Shown: piece by piece, positions 40,488 through 50,713 of the stretch | How the letters are laid out: the number at the start of each line of letters is the position of its first letter | Numbering within the stretch: position 1 is the stretch's first letter | Assembly (NCBI GenBank): GCA_963667015.2 | Contig: CAXXJJ010000004.1 | Span: forward strand, 3,808,001 to 3,872,000 | Length of the DNA stretch: 64,000 bases | Reading direction: 5' to 3' | DNA from: Desulfatiglandales bacterium | Lineage (GTDB): Bacteria > Desulfobacterota > DSM-4660 > Desulfatiglandales > HGW-15 | The notes under the pieces: generated by a model | What the model was told of the DNA's origin: nothing | Database searches by the model: none | The model's input: only the letters and a program-made list of their open reading frames with translations | Position numbers and translations under genes: made by a program

Positions 40488-40838
40488 TTATAGCAAATCA
40501 AATCCTTCAATAATTTTATTTTTATGTTTTAAGGGAATAATTATCCAGAGAAAATAGTCTATGGGATTTTCCATAGAACGAAAACCTACTTCAAGATAAG
40601 GTTTTTCTCCCTTAAACAGCATCTGCTGACGTTGTATGACAACCATTTTTGCACTTTTAACAAAATGATTCATGGCTTCTTCGAAGGAAATATTTTCTAT
40701 ACGTTGCCTTGCAAAACTTTCCCGACAGTCCAGTTTATCAAACCACCATTTTTCGCATATGGCGTATGCTTTCCGCAGAAGGTTCTCCTGCTCTGCGTCT
40801 ATCAATTTGTCTGTGTCATAAAAGATATCCCGTTCCAC
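40488..40838 (-). CDS. Hypothetical protein
   Basis: 116-aa ORF with GTG start. Confidence 0.55.
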   Translation of the reverse strand: MERDIFYDTDKLIDAEQENLLRKAYAICEKWWFDKLDCRESFARQRIENISFEEAMNHFVKSAKMVVIQRQQMLFKGEKPYLEVGFRSMENPIDYFLWIIIPLKHKNKIIEGFDLL

Positions 40839-41010
40839 AATATCTCTTTCTATAGTTTCGGCGGCAATAAATTATTCCGCGGGTTTTTCTGATATGGTAT
40901 TCAATTTAACCGGTGGCCTTGACCAGTAAAATTGCAAGCTACAATATTTAGAAAGAATGTGACTGAAATTTGAACATGAGGGAAACCCAATCTGAAAACC
41001 TTAATTTCTA

Positions 41011-41571
41011 TCATAATGGTGCAGGCTCATTGAAGAGCCGTTCATAATCCTTTTTATAGCTTTTAGGGGTATCGTTTAAATATACCCAGTATGAAGCAAT
41101 CTCTTTGACTTTCCTTTTACTAATATGGCCGGCTTTATACATTAAGTGCAATAGTTCGAGAGATTTAAAAACAACTATATCATACTCTTTTGCCAGCGCT
41201 ATCATATCAGAATCATCAGTAACAATCGGAATTCCCAGGACATTGGCATATGAAAGAGCGGTTATATCAACTTTTGACACTCCCAATTCTTCTTCTCTTG
41301 CAGTGTCTCTCATAAAGTAAAAAGCATTATTAATGACGCTTTTTTGTTCCTGAGTCAGGGAGAAACATCTTTTTCTATTTTCAGCGTATTCAGGGTCATC
41401 AACCCAATAAAATTTATTCTGAAGTGTTGGACTTTTCTTATATTCTTTTTGAAGTTCCTGAATAACCCCCAGTTTATATTTTTCTTCACCGAACTCAACA
41501 TTTAGTAAGGGATGGATGCTATGAGCAAGGCGGAAATATGAACATGAATCTACGAGGATATTGCAGGCCAT
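41011..41571 (-). CDS. PIN-domain-like protein
   Basis: ILVDSC, SKVD, IVTDD acidic tetrad pattern. Confidence 0.7.
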   Translation of the reverse strand: MACNILVDSCSYFRLAHSIHPLLNVEFGEEKYKLGVIQELQKEYKKSPTLQNKFYWVDDPEYAENRKRCFSLTQEQKSVINNAFYFMRDTAREEELGVSKVDITALSYANVLGIPIVTDDSDMIALAKEYDIVVFKSLELLHLMYKAGHISKRKVKEIASYWVYLNDTPKSYKKDYERLFNEPAPL

Positions 41572-42695
41572 TGGAATATGTCTTCATATAATGTATGGGC
41601 ATCAACTGGTGTCAGGTTTAAAATAGTCTGCACGAATCCAACAGATTTTCTTTCAGTAACCAGGAATTCTTTCAAGGCATTAAAAAATGGGCTTATAAAA
41701 ACTTCGGTTGCTACTGAAAAATATTTCTTTGATGGAGCAGGCAAAGTAGTAAATAAGACATTTGCAATAGTTGTGTAATTATTCTGAAAATTTGTATTAG
41801 CTTTATAGATTAACTTATCAGTTTCAAGATTAATTTTTTGCTTCCCTTCATGCCTGGCATACTTGTTAATCTCGTAATAAACAGTTAATGGTGAAACAAC
41901 TAATTGCTCTGCCAATTCCATTATTCTGCTCAATTGTGAAGACTCGCTTGTTAACCTCCTTAATTGAATATATTCTTCCTCTGCAAGCTCTGAATTGAAT
42001 AGTAAAGCTCCCGCAAATAAATCTGCAAAGTCTTCAGCTTCATCACCTTTTAATTCGGGTGATTTCACATGGCCAAGTTCATGGGCCATCCAGAATTTGA
42101 AATCATGTATTTTGCTGTCAAGATTTAAGTAAATCCATGTTGTCATCGATCTTGGTAAAAATACATGTAAAGCGTTTTCATGATTTTTCTTATTGCCCCA
42201 GAAAACAGGAATTAACACTGCATGATGCTTATTAAAGAAATTGATCAAATCGGTAAATTCGATTTTTGAATCACTTAATTTACATATTTCTTTTCTTGCG
42301 GCCCTCGCAACATCCTGAACATATTCATAATCCAACTTAGGTTCTTTTAAAGATGGAGGTAATGATAAATTATCAAAAGGTAAGTATGGTACAAGGCTAT
42401 TCAAGAGAAAGCCTTTATCCTTAGCTTCTTCGATGTATTCTTCTGATATCTTATGTCTACCTTTTTTTCTGAATGCAACAACAGGATCATTAGATGTGTC
42501 TTCTTTGATAACTAATTCATTAAACGAAAGTTTTAAAAGCTGAGCAAGCTTTAATAATTTACCAGGGCGCGGAAATTTATTATTTTTAAACCATTGTGAT
42601 ACTGTCTCTCTCGAAATATCCAATGCTTTAGCAATCTCGGCTTGAGACAAACCAAGTGTTTCAATCTTTTGCTCAATGTTTTTTATGTTGAGCAT
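41550..42695 (-). CDS. XRE HTH fused to ImmA/IrrE (M78) metallopeptidase
   Basis: LSQAEIAKALDISRETVSQW; AHELGH; EDFADLFAG. Confidence 0.85.
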   Translation of the reverse strand: MLNIKNIEQKIETLGLSQAEIAKALDISRETVSQWFKNNKFPRPGKLLKLAQLLKLSFNELVIKEDTSNDPVVAFRKKGRHKISEEYIEEAKDKGFLLNSLVPYLPFDNLSLPPSLKEPKLDYEYVQDVARAARKEICKLSDSKIEFTDLINFFNKHHAVLIPVFWGNKKNHENALHVFLPRSMTTWIYLNLDSKIHDFKFWMAHELGHVKSPELKGDEAEDFADLFAGALLFNSELAEEEYIQLRRLTSESSQLSRIMELAEQLVVSPLTVYYEINKYARHEGKQKINLETDKLIYKANTNFQNNYTTIANVLFTTLPAPSKKYFSVATEVFISPFFNALKEFLVTERKSVGFVQTILNLTPVDAHTLYEDIFQWPAISS

Positions 42696-43215
42696 TTTAT
42701 TCCCTCCAAGGATTCGCATATTTATAAGATAATGAAGATGTCAACTTTTGTCAACTTTAATGTTGATAATTGTTAACGCGGTTTAAAACGAAGGGAGAAG
42801 TCTCATTTGCGAAGGTTGATTCGACTTTTAATGACGAGTAATTTAGAAGTAGTTATGCTATCGGAAATGTTAATATTGGCAAATCCGATATATAGCATTA
42901 CGAAAAATCAAAATCCGTGAAAATTAAAATTTATTCGTTATATTAAAGTGTTATTGTAAAGGGTGACGCTGTTAAGTTTTAAAGTTTATGAAAACTACAG
43001 GACACAGGTAAACCTAATTATTTTATATCGTTTATCAGTGGGAGCGTAACGCTCTAAGGTTATTAAGTTATTCAAATACGAACCTTAGAATTTAACAGCA
43101 ACCTGTATTTCACTGTTTCCAATATCTAAAAACTCTGGCAAAAAACCGGGCGCTACAAATAAGCAAAAGATGATCGCAGATATCAGATCAAACAAGGAAA
43201 AGAGCATACTGGCAT

Positions 43216-44157
43216 TCATAAATCTTCCTTTTTAAGCTTTTCCATGTATCGATCCCTGTAGTAATCAACAGACTCAAAAATATCATCTCCCGGCATTTCG
43301 CCATCCTCCATAGATTCAAAAGCTGCTCTATTAATAATAGCAGGTTCATAATTCGGATCGATTTCAATTGCCTTATCAAAGGCTTCCATTGCATCTTTTT
43401 TCCGTCCCAGTTTTACGTAGCATAATCCAAGGTTACCATAACTTTGAGGATGATTTTTAATCATGCTTGTACACTCCTTAAAAGCAATAGCAGCCTTTTC
43501 CCACTCCTTCTTTTCCATCAGCGAGAAAGCCTTTTGAAAAATCTCCTGGCCTTTTAGATACTGATCAAGCAAAACACCGTTTGTTTTCATAACCTGTGCC
43601 TCAAGTCCGGAGATAAACTCACTGGCTATAACAACTGTTTTATCTTCTGGCTCGCCTATTTCAATTACTCTTTTGAATGATTTTACAGCATTGTAAATAT
43701 CCAGTTTTCGTCTGTATGCCTCTCCAAGGTTAAAATGTGCTTCCTGCAGATAGGGAAACGCATCTATGGCTTTTTTAAAATAGTAAATAGCCTTATCAAT
43801 GTCATTTTTTGAACCGTAGGCTACACCCATGGCATAATTAAGCAGATAATAGTCAGGATAGGTTATTAATAGTCTTTCAAGAAGCGCTCCGCCTTCATCA
43901 TACCGGCCTCTTTCCATCAATTCCAGCGCTCTGTCAATTTCATTCTCAAGCTCTTCATTAATTTCAATTATAAAAGACCTGTTTTTTTGGCTTCTTTCCG
44001 CTTCATACTGTATGGCCTTATCGAAATGCTGGCACCCTTCACAGGCAATGTCCCTTATTTCTGCACAACATACGGAACATATCATTTCGTCATTATGTCT
44101 TTTACACTTCCTCCGAGCCTTTCCTTTGGAGCAAAGAAAACATTTTTTCTTTTTCAT
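43216..44157 (-). CDS. TPR protein with N-terminal Cys-rich domain
   Basis: CFLC..C..CSVCC..CEGC; TPR repeats. Confidence 0.8.
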   Translation of the reverse strand: MKKKKCFLCSKGKARRKCKRHNDEMICSVCCAEIRDIACEGCQHFDKAIQYEAERSQKNRSFIIEINEELENEIDRALELMERGRYDEGGALLERLLITYPDYYLLNYAMGVAYGSKNDIDKAIYYFKKAIDAFPYLQEAHFNLGEAYRRKLDIYNAVKSFKRVIEIGEPEDKTVVIASEFISGLEAQVMKTNGVLLDQYLKGQEIFQKAFSLMEKKEWEKAAIAFKECTSMIKNHPQSYGNLGLCYVKLGRKKDAMEAFDKAIEIDPNYEPAIINRAAFESMEDGEMPGDDIFESVDYYRDRYMEKLKKEDL

Positions 44158-44352
44158 TTTTATTCCTTTTTCAACAGCCTGCATGTTTCTTCATAAATGC
44201 ATACCCTTGGGTCTTTTTTACCCGTAACTTGATCCCCATTATAGTAGACCTGATTTTTGGTCGTTATAATCATTTTGCAAAAACGAGTCAATTGTTCTAT
44301 TTTTAAAAGAGCGTATATTTAAAAACGATTATGGGTAAATAGGGATCATTCT

Positions 44353-46035
44353 ATGGCAATAAAAGTAATTGGAATTGATGTTGGCGGAACCCATGCCGAT
44401 GGCGTTCTGCTTGATGGCAAAAAGCTTGTCACCAAGGCAAAGCTCCTTGTAAACCAGGACAATCTCAGCGAAACGGTTATTGCCCTGTTGAGGCAGCTTC
44501 TGAAGGATTCATCGGCTGCTGACGTGGACCGTGTTCATCTCAGCTCCACCCTCTGCACCAACGCTATTGCATGCGGAAATATTGATCAGGTGGGAATGCT
44601 GGTGCAGGCAGGACCTGGGATGAATCCCGGTTTTCTGCGCTGTGGAGATTTCCTGCATTTTCTTGACGGGTCAATAGATCATCGGGGAACTATTATAAAA
44701 GAACCTTCGAGGGATCAGGTTCGGGAGGCGCTGGAAGAATTTGCCGAAGCAGGGATTGAATCAGTGGGAATCGTCTGTAAATTTTCCCACCGGAACCCGG
44801 AGATAGAACATAAACTTGCTGAAAAAGCTAAGTCCATGGGTTTTCGCCATATCAGCTGCGGTTCCGCTATCTCCGGACTGCCGAATTTCCCGCGCCGGAT
44901 TTACACGACATGGATAAACGCCGCACTTAAGAACCGCTTTATGACCTTTGCCAAGGCAATCGTTAATGGGGCGTCCGAACTGGGTATTACCGCGCCGCTT
45001 TTGGTGCTTAAGGCGGATGGCGGTACAATGCCACTTGAGCGGTCTGTGCATCTGCCATGTGAATCCATACATTCCGGTCCTTCGGCAAGCGTTATGGGGG
45101 CGCTGGCGCTTTCGCCTCTTGGTGATGATTATGCGGTGGTTGATATTGGCGGCACAACCACGGATATCGGTCTCTTTATCTCGGATCAGCCCCTGATGGA
45201 GCCATATGGAGTGACCGTCATGGGCAGACCGACTCTCATACGCGCACTTGCAACAAAAAGCGTTGGTCTTGGCGGCAACAGCAAAATTACAGCAGAAGGT
45301 GAAGGCTACCGCATAGGACCAGAAAATCTTGGGATTCCGGCGGCCTTTGGTCACGGGGAGATACGTGGAGCGACCCTTTCCGATGCACTGGTTGTGATCG
45401 GCTCAATGGAGGGAAATCGCGAGCGTGCAGAGAAGGCATTAAGACATTTGCATCCGGCAAAGGAGCCTCAACATCTCGCAGAAGAACTTGCCATGAGTTT
45501 TGCTGTCAGTGTCAGAAAGGCAATGGATGAGATGATAGAAGAGGTCTATACCAGACCTGTGTATACTGTTTCAGCCTTTCTCGGTCGTTTCAGACCAGAT
45601 CCGGCAAAGGTCATTGCCGTTGGTGGTCCCAGCAAGGCATTACAGGCAAAGCTTGGCGAGGCATTTAAGCTCCCCTGCATTGTCCCTCCCGATTTTGAGG
45701 TGGCCAATGCCATAGGGGCAGCACGAACACGATCGACACTTTCGGCCACCCTCTATGCCAACAGCGGCGATGGAAAACTTTCAATCCCAGAAATCGGTCT
45801 GCACGAGCGTATAAAGCCAGGGTTTACCATGAAAGACGCCGAAGAAAAACTTACAGAGGCCATAAGTCTACAGGCAAAAGAGTCAAAAATAGCAGGGCAG
45901 TATGAGATCGATTTTATTGAACGTGAAGAGATGAACACGGTGAGGGGATTTTCTTCTACCGGAAGGGTCATTTCCCTGAAGGCACAGGTCAGGCCGGGCC
46001 TGGAACATGCAAACCTGGACAGGCAGGAGGTGTAA
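44353..46035 (+). CDS. Hydantoinase/oxoprolinase family protein
   Basis: GIDVGGTHAD, SGPSAS, DIGGTTTD, ANAIGAA. Confidence 0.87.
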   Translation: MAIKVIGIDVGGTHADGVLLDGKKLVTKAKLLVNQDNLSETVIALLRQLLKDSSAADVDRVHLSSTLCTNAIACGNIDQVGMLVQAGPGMNPGFLRCGDFLHFLDGSIDHRGTIIKEPSRDQVREALEEFAEAGIESVGIVCKFSHRNPEIEHKLAEKAKSMGFRHISCGSAISGLPNFPRRIYTTWINAALKNRFMTFAKAIVNGASELGITAPLLVLKADGGTMPLERSVHLPCESIHSGPSASVMGALALSPLGDDYAVVDIGGTTTDIGLFISDQPLMEPYGVTVMGRPTLIRALATKSVGLGGNSKITAEGEGYRIGPENLGIPAAFGHGEIRGATLSDALVVIGSMEGNRERAEKALRHLHPAKEPQHLAEELAMSFAVSVRKAMDEMIEEVYTRPVYTVSAFLGRFRPDPAKVIAVGGPSKALQAKLGEAFKLPCIVPPDFEVANAIGAARTRSTLSATLYANSGDGKLSIPEIGLHERIKPGFTMKDAEEKLTEAISLQAKESKIAGQYEIDFIEREEMNTVRGFSSTGRVISLKAQVRPGLEHANLDRQEV

Positions 46036-46036
46036 A

Positions 46037-47359
46037 ATGACCACAACCCAATTTATGCCCAAAGCGCCTCGAAAAACCGGAATCATTCTTTTTCCTGCCT
46101 TTGACTGGTGCATCAGCCCAAGTCATCCCGAGCGCGAGGAAAGACTGCTCTATACACGGGATCAGCTTTTGGAAGAGGGGCTAGGGGATGTGGAAAACAT
46201 CTTTTTTTTCAACCCCGAACTTGCAGATTACAGGGATATCGAAATGGTGCATCTCTGCGCCTTTCCGCCGCAGGATCTCATGAGTGAATCCCACCTTATC
46301 TCTGCAGGCGGCGCTGTCCTGGCAGCAAAGAAGGTGATGGAGGGAGAGGTGGAGCGGGCCTTTGCCATTGTCCGTCCCCCGGGTCATCACGCCATGCAGA
46401 CGGTCTTTGGCGACCGGGGTTTCTGTATCGTCAATATAGAAGCTATTATGGTTGAGTTTATCCGGAGACATTACGGTGTGCGTAAAATTGCCATTGTTGA
46501 CACAGACTGCCACCATGGAGACGGAACACAGGATATCTTTTACAATGATCCGGACACACTTTTCATTTCGCTGCACCAGGATGGCCGAACCCTCTATCCG
46601 GGCACAGGTTTCCAGGATGAGTTTGGCGGACCGGCGGCCCAGGGCTACAACATCAACATACCTCTACCGCCGGAGACAGGGGAGGAGGGGTTTGACATGG
46701 TCACTGAACGTGTGATTCTCCCCATTCTTGAGGAATTTCAGCCGGAGCTTATCCTTAACTCTGCGGGTCAGGACAATCACTATACCGACCCCATTACCAA
46801 CATGAATTTTACAGCCCAGGGCTATGCACGGCTCAATCAGGCAATCAATCCTCATATCTGTGTGCTTGAAGGGGGGTATTCCATTGAAGGGGCGCTGCCC
46901 TATACAAATCTTGGCATTATCCTGGCAATGGCCGGACTCGATACCAGTCATGTTAAAGAACCGGATTACGACCCTGCAAGGTTTGTGCAGTCCGGTAAGA
47001 TGAATGCCTATATAGAAAGCATTTGCAGCAATGCCCTTGATATCTTTGCCAATCGAAAAAAATGGCAAAAGGTTACACGCAGTGAGATTGTTGAAGAGAG
47101 AAAATCAATTTATTACGATACCATAGGCATTGGAGTTGAACAGCTTCGACGATACCATCTCTGCCCTGATTGCCCGGGTTATACCGAAGTGGCTGCATAC
47201 GGTGATGGAAGTGTTGTTTCAGGCTTTTCTGTTCCCTTTAATGCCTGCCCGAAGTGTGGACAACTTGCAAGGGACGGCTATGCAAAGGCAGCAAAAAGAA
47301 AGAAAGATGAAAGGATCATTCTGCAGGATCGTTTTAACGACCTGTTTGAAATCGCATAG
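46037..47359 (+). CDS. Histone deacetylase-family protein
   Basis: RPPGHHA, DTDCHHGDGTQ, YPGTG, SAGQD, LEGGY. Confidence 0.9.
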   Translation: MTTTQFMPKAPRKTGIILFPAFDWCISPSHPEREERLLYTRDQLLEEGLGDVENIFFFNPELADYRDIEMVHLCAFPPQDLMSESHLISAGGAVLAAKKVMEGEVERAFAIVRPPGHHAMQTVFGDRGFCIVNIEAIMVEFIRRHYGVRKIAIVDTDCHHGDGTQDIFYNDPDTLFISLHQDGRTLYPGTGFQDEFGGPAAQGYNINIPLPPETGEEGFDMVTERVILPILEEFQPELILNSAGQDNHYTDPITNMNFTAQGYARLNQAINPHICVLEGGYSIEGALPYTNLGIILAMAGLDTSHVKEPDYDPARFVQSGKMNAYIESICSNALDIFANRKKWQKVTRSEIVEERKSIYYDTIGIGVEQLRRYHLCPDCPGYTEVAAYGDGSVVSGFSVPFNACPKCGQLARDGYAKAAKRKKDERIILQDRFNDLFEIA

Positions 47360-47378
47360 GGCTTAAAATCAAAAATTA

Positions 47379-48743
47379 TTAAAGGCCTCCAAGCCTTGGA
47401 AGCAGCATAGACGCAAAACTCAGGACAAAAAAGAAACCGCACATGTCCGTGACGGTTGTCAGTAAAGGACTGGAAACCAGCGCCGGATCAAGTTTTAACC
47501 GCCTGAGGATAAGGGGCAGCATTCCGCCTATAGTAACTGAAACCAGTGTATTGGCTGCCAGTGCACCACCTACTACAACTCCGAGCCAGGGATTTCCCTT
47601 CCATAGGAAAGCAACACCGCCAAGAAGCAGACCAAGGGTAAGGCCGTTAATGATACCCAGCCTGGCTTCCTTTGCAAGTACCCATAATAGTTCTCCCGGG
47701 CGTACCAGACCAAGGGATAGTTCACGCATTGAAACTGCAACCGCCTGATTACCAGAGCAGCCGCTCATGTCGCTGACCATAGGGAGAAAAACCGCAAGTG
47801 TAATAACCGCGGCAAGGGTATCCTGATACAATGCAATTACAGTCGCTGCGATGATATTTAACACAATATTCATGCTCAGCCATGAGAGGCGGCGTCCGGA
47901 GCGGGACAACAGCGGCATTGTTCGAAACTCCTCCCCTCCAATGATACCGCTTAACCGAAGAAAGGTTTTTGTCTTTCTTTTATTGACAGCTTCTTCAACT
48001 GCATTTGGCAGCACCACACCGACCAGTTTATTATCATCGTCAACAACAGGCACACCAAAAAGATGATGCTCCTCAAAAAATTCCTGAAGATCCTTAAGTG
48101 AAGAATTATCGGAAACACAAAGAGGAGAAGAGAGCATGACCTGACTGAGCAGTGTCTCTTTATTTAAAAAAAGCAGATCATGAATTCGAAGAACGCCTAC
48201 CAGTTTATTCTCCGGATCAACCACATAAAAATATTGCACATGATAATCAATATATTCTTTCCTGTTCGCCCTCAGGTCATCCAGGACATTTTTGATTGTT
48301 CTATCAAATCTATATGCAAGGAACTCGGAAATCATAATCCCTCCGGCACAGTCAGGAGAGTACTCCAGCATCATCCTGGCTTCATCTGCATCTTCCCGGT
48401 CCATTTTATCCAGAATCGCCTCACTGGACTCATCATCCATTTCTCCGAGCACATCAGCAAGGTGATCGCTTGCCAACTCCTCCATAATGGCTGCGGCCTG
48501 TTCAATAGGCATATCTTCAACCAAATCCGCGGCCTGGATTTCAGGGATATCTTCAATTACATCAGCCGCATCTGCCGGCAGGAGAAGGCTTAAAACCTGC
48601 TGCTGTTTTTCCTCGGTTAGCCTTGACATCGCCCAGGCTGTCTCGGATGGACTGAGGGAATTGATGAAGGATGTCAATTCAACACGATCTTTTTTATCAA
48701 TTAACTCACTTAGTTTTTCCATTGAGAGATTTAATTCACTCAT
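47379..48743 (-). CDS. mgtE: Magnesium transporter MgtE
   Basis: Acidic N-domain, CBS pair, RRLSWL, SGNQA, DPALVSSPLLTTVTD. Confidence 0.92.
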   Translation of the reverse strand: MSELNLSMEKLSELIDKKDRVELTSFINSLSPSETAWAMSRLTEEKQQQVLSLLLPADAADVIEDIPEIQAADLVEDMPIEQAAAIMEELASDHLADVLGEMDDESSEAILDKMDREDADEARMMLEYSPDCAGGIMISEFLAYRFDRTIKNVLDDLRANRKEYIDYHVQYFYVVDPENKLVGVLRIHDLLFLNKETLLSQVMLSSPLCVSDNSSLKDLQEFFEEHHLFGVPVVDDDNKLVGVVLPNAVEEAVNKRKTKTFLRLSGIIGGEEFRTMPLLSRSGRRLSWLSMNIVLNIIAATVIALYQDTLAAVITLAVFLPMVSDMSGCSGNQAVAVSMRELSLGLVRPGELLWVLAKEARLGIINGLTLGLLLGGVAFLWKGNPWLGVVVGGALAANTLVSVTIGGMLPLILRRLKLDPALVSSPLLTTVTDMCGFFFVLSFASMLLPRLGGL

Positions 48744-48758
48744 AATTTGCCTCTTCTG

Positions 48759-50318
48759 CTATTCCGTCCGGATAATTTCAATCTTGTTTTTGGCTTTTAA
48801 ATCATACAGGTCAAGCCTTCTGTCATGGAGAGGGCGTACTGTTGCCACATGTCTCTGTTGCGCCAGGGCAAACAGGGCAAGCTCTGAAACCACTACTGCC
48901 TCAACATTTGGATCGGCTATTCCCTCAATACCCTGCTCGGGGAAGGAAAAATCACTCGGGGCAAGTATTGCCGCCTGACTGTAATTCATAAAAGAGCCAA
49001 TCTTTGTTCTCATGTTTCCAACATTTCCGGTCATTGCTACATATACGAAATTTTCAACTGCCCTTGCATGTGCACAATGCCTTACACGATAATATGCCTT
49101 TTTTTCTTCAGTATAAAAGGGGACAAAAATGACCTCAACTCCGGCCAGTGTAAGCAGCCTTGAAAGCTCGGGGAACTCTATGTCATAGCATATCTGTATG
49201 GCAATCCTTGCAAAGGGTGTCTGAAATATCTTTAAACCGGTTCCCGGCTCAATATCACACTCTTCCCGTTCAACCGGTGTAATGTGCAGCTTATCCTGTG
49301 TATAAACATGACCGGTTGGTGTAAAAAGGTGTGCAGTATTATACAGGAGACCATCCCTCATTGTCGGATGAGAGCCGCCTATAATATATATATTATACTT
49401 CCCGGCAAATCGTGTGAACATCTCCACATACCTGTCGGTCATCCCGGCCAGCATCCTGATCATTTCTTTCATATCATTTCCATCAAGACCGCTTATCATC
49501 TGATGCGTAAAATTCTCAGGAAACATAAGAAAATGACAGTGGTATGAATCCGCAGTATTCACAAAAAACTCAACGCTGTCTTCCATCTCCTGCCAGTCCC
49601 TGATAGGACACATCAAATACTGGGCGCCGCAGATCCTTAAACGCCTTACTGCACGCTTGGGTACATATGCTGACGTAATCCGCTTTTTAGCGATGTTATA
49701 ATCCGGATTCATCATTTCAAGGTATGTTGAATAATTAAGGCTCGACGCATCCTCAGTAATATCGAGCTGAACCTTTTTTACCTGAAACCCTGCCTTTAAA
49801 TGGGCATTAAGTGCGGAATCTCTTAAATCTCCTGCAATTACCTTCTTTACATACTGGTCGGCAGACATCCTGCCCGCATAATCCTTATAACCCGGGATAC
49901 GGCCATAGGCGATCATTCGCCGGAGGTTAAACCGCTGCAGGACGCTCTTCCTTTTTTTATATAGAAGCATTGCGATCCCTCGCTGTCTATATTCGGGATC
50001 AACTGCGATATCCGCGCCATAAAGGGTATCTCCGTCAGGATTATGAGTACTGAAGGTTCCGGCTCCGGTTATCTCGTCAACATTATACCAGAAGTCATCT
50101 TCTATATTTACGATAACAGATGTAGCATAGCCCGCAACCCTGCCGTCAACAATCGCTACAAACTGGCCGGCGGGAAATACCGCAAGCTGCATCTCGTAAT
50201 GCCTTGGAGTAAAGATATATTCTTCGGTATAGTCAGAATAGGCCCTTCTGCTGCATTCAATAATGCCGGGAATATCTTCTTTCTTCCATCTCCGGACGGT
50301 TATTTTTGATTTTGCCAT
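48759..50318 (-). CDS. GNAT acetyltransferase fused to a carbon-nitrogen hydrolase
   Basis: VDPEYRQRGIA; FPE, QDKLH, ICYDIEFPE. Confidence 0.88.
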   Translation of the reverse strand: MAKSKITVRRWKKEDIPGIIECSRRAYSDYTEEYIFTPRHYEMQLAVFPAGQFVAIVDGRVAGYATSVIVNIEDDFWYNVDEITGAGTFSTHNPDGDTLYGADIAVDPEYRQRGIAMLLYKKRKSVLQRFNLRRMIAYGRIPGYKDYAGRMSADQYVKKVIAGDLRDSALNAHLKAGFQVKKVQLDITEDASSLNYSTYLEMMNPDYNIAKKRITSAYVPKRAVRRLRICGAQYLMCPIRDWQEMEDSVEFFVNTADSYHCHFLMFPENFTHQMISGLDGNDMKEMIRMLAGMTDRYVEMFTRFAGKYNIYIIGGSHPTMRDGLLYNTAHLFTPTGHVYTQDKLHITPVEREECDIEPGTGLKIFQTPFARIAIQICYDIEFPELSRLLTLAGVEVIFVPFYTEEKKAYYRVRHCAHARAVENFVYVAMTGNVGNMRTKIGSFMNYSQAAILAPSDFSFPEQGIEGIADPNVEAVVVSELALFALAQQRHVATVRPLHDRRLDLYDLKAKNKIEIIRTE

Positions 50319-50713
50319 CTTAAAAAAATCTCCTGGATTTTTCGTTTATCTGCTCGAGGCTTGCTTCATTCACAGTATCCTGAGAAACATCTACAGTCAC
50401 TGAAAGGGAAGGGAATCAGGCCTGAAACCCTCGGGATACAGGAAGTCATCACCCAGAGCCGTGAGTATAGCACATCAATGTACTGTGTGGGTTATTTTTC
50501 TATCTGCGGCCGGTCGGTTGATGAAACAACTGGGAAAATGATATCAAAGGGAAATATTTTTTCGGTTCCCTCATACCGGCCATAAACATTGTCAGTTATT
50601 ATATAGAAAGGAAAACACTTTATATCAGGGCACATTAAAGGTTCATTGAGAAAATAAAAGCCGGCATATCATTAAAATATACCGGCCTGTAATTATGATC
50701 TTTTATAAAACCT

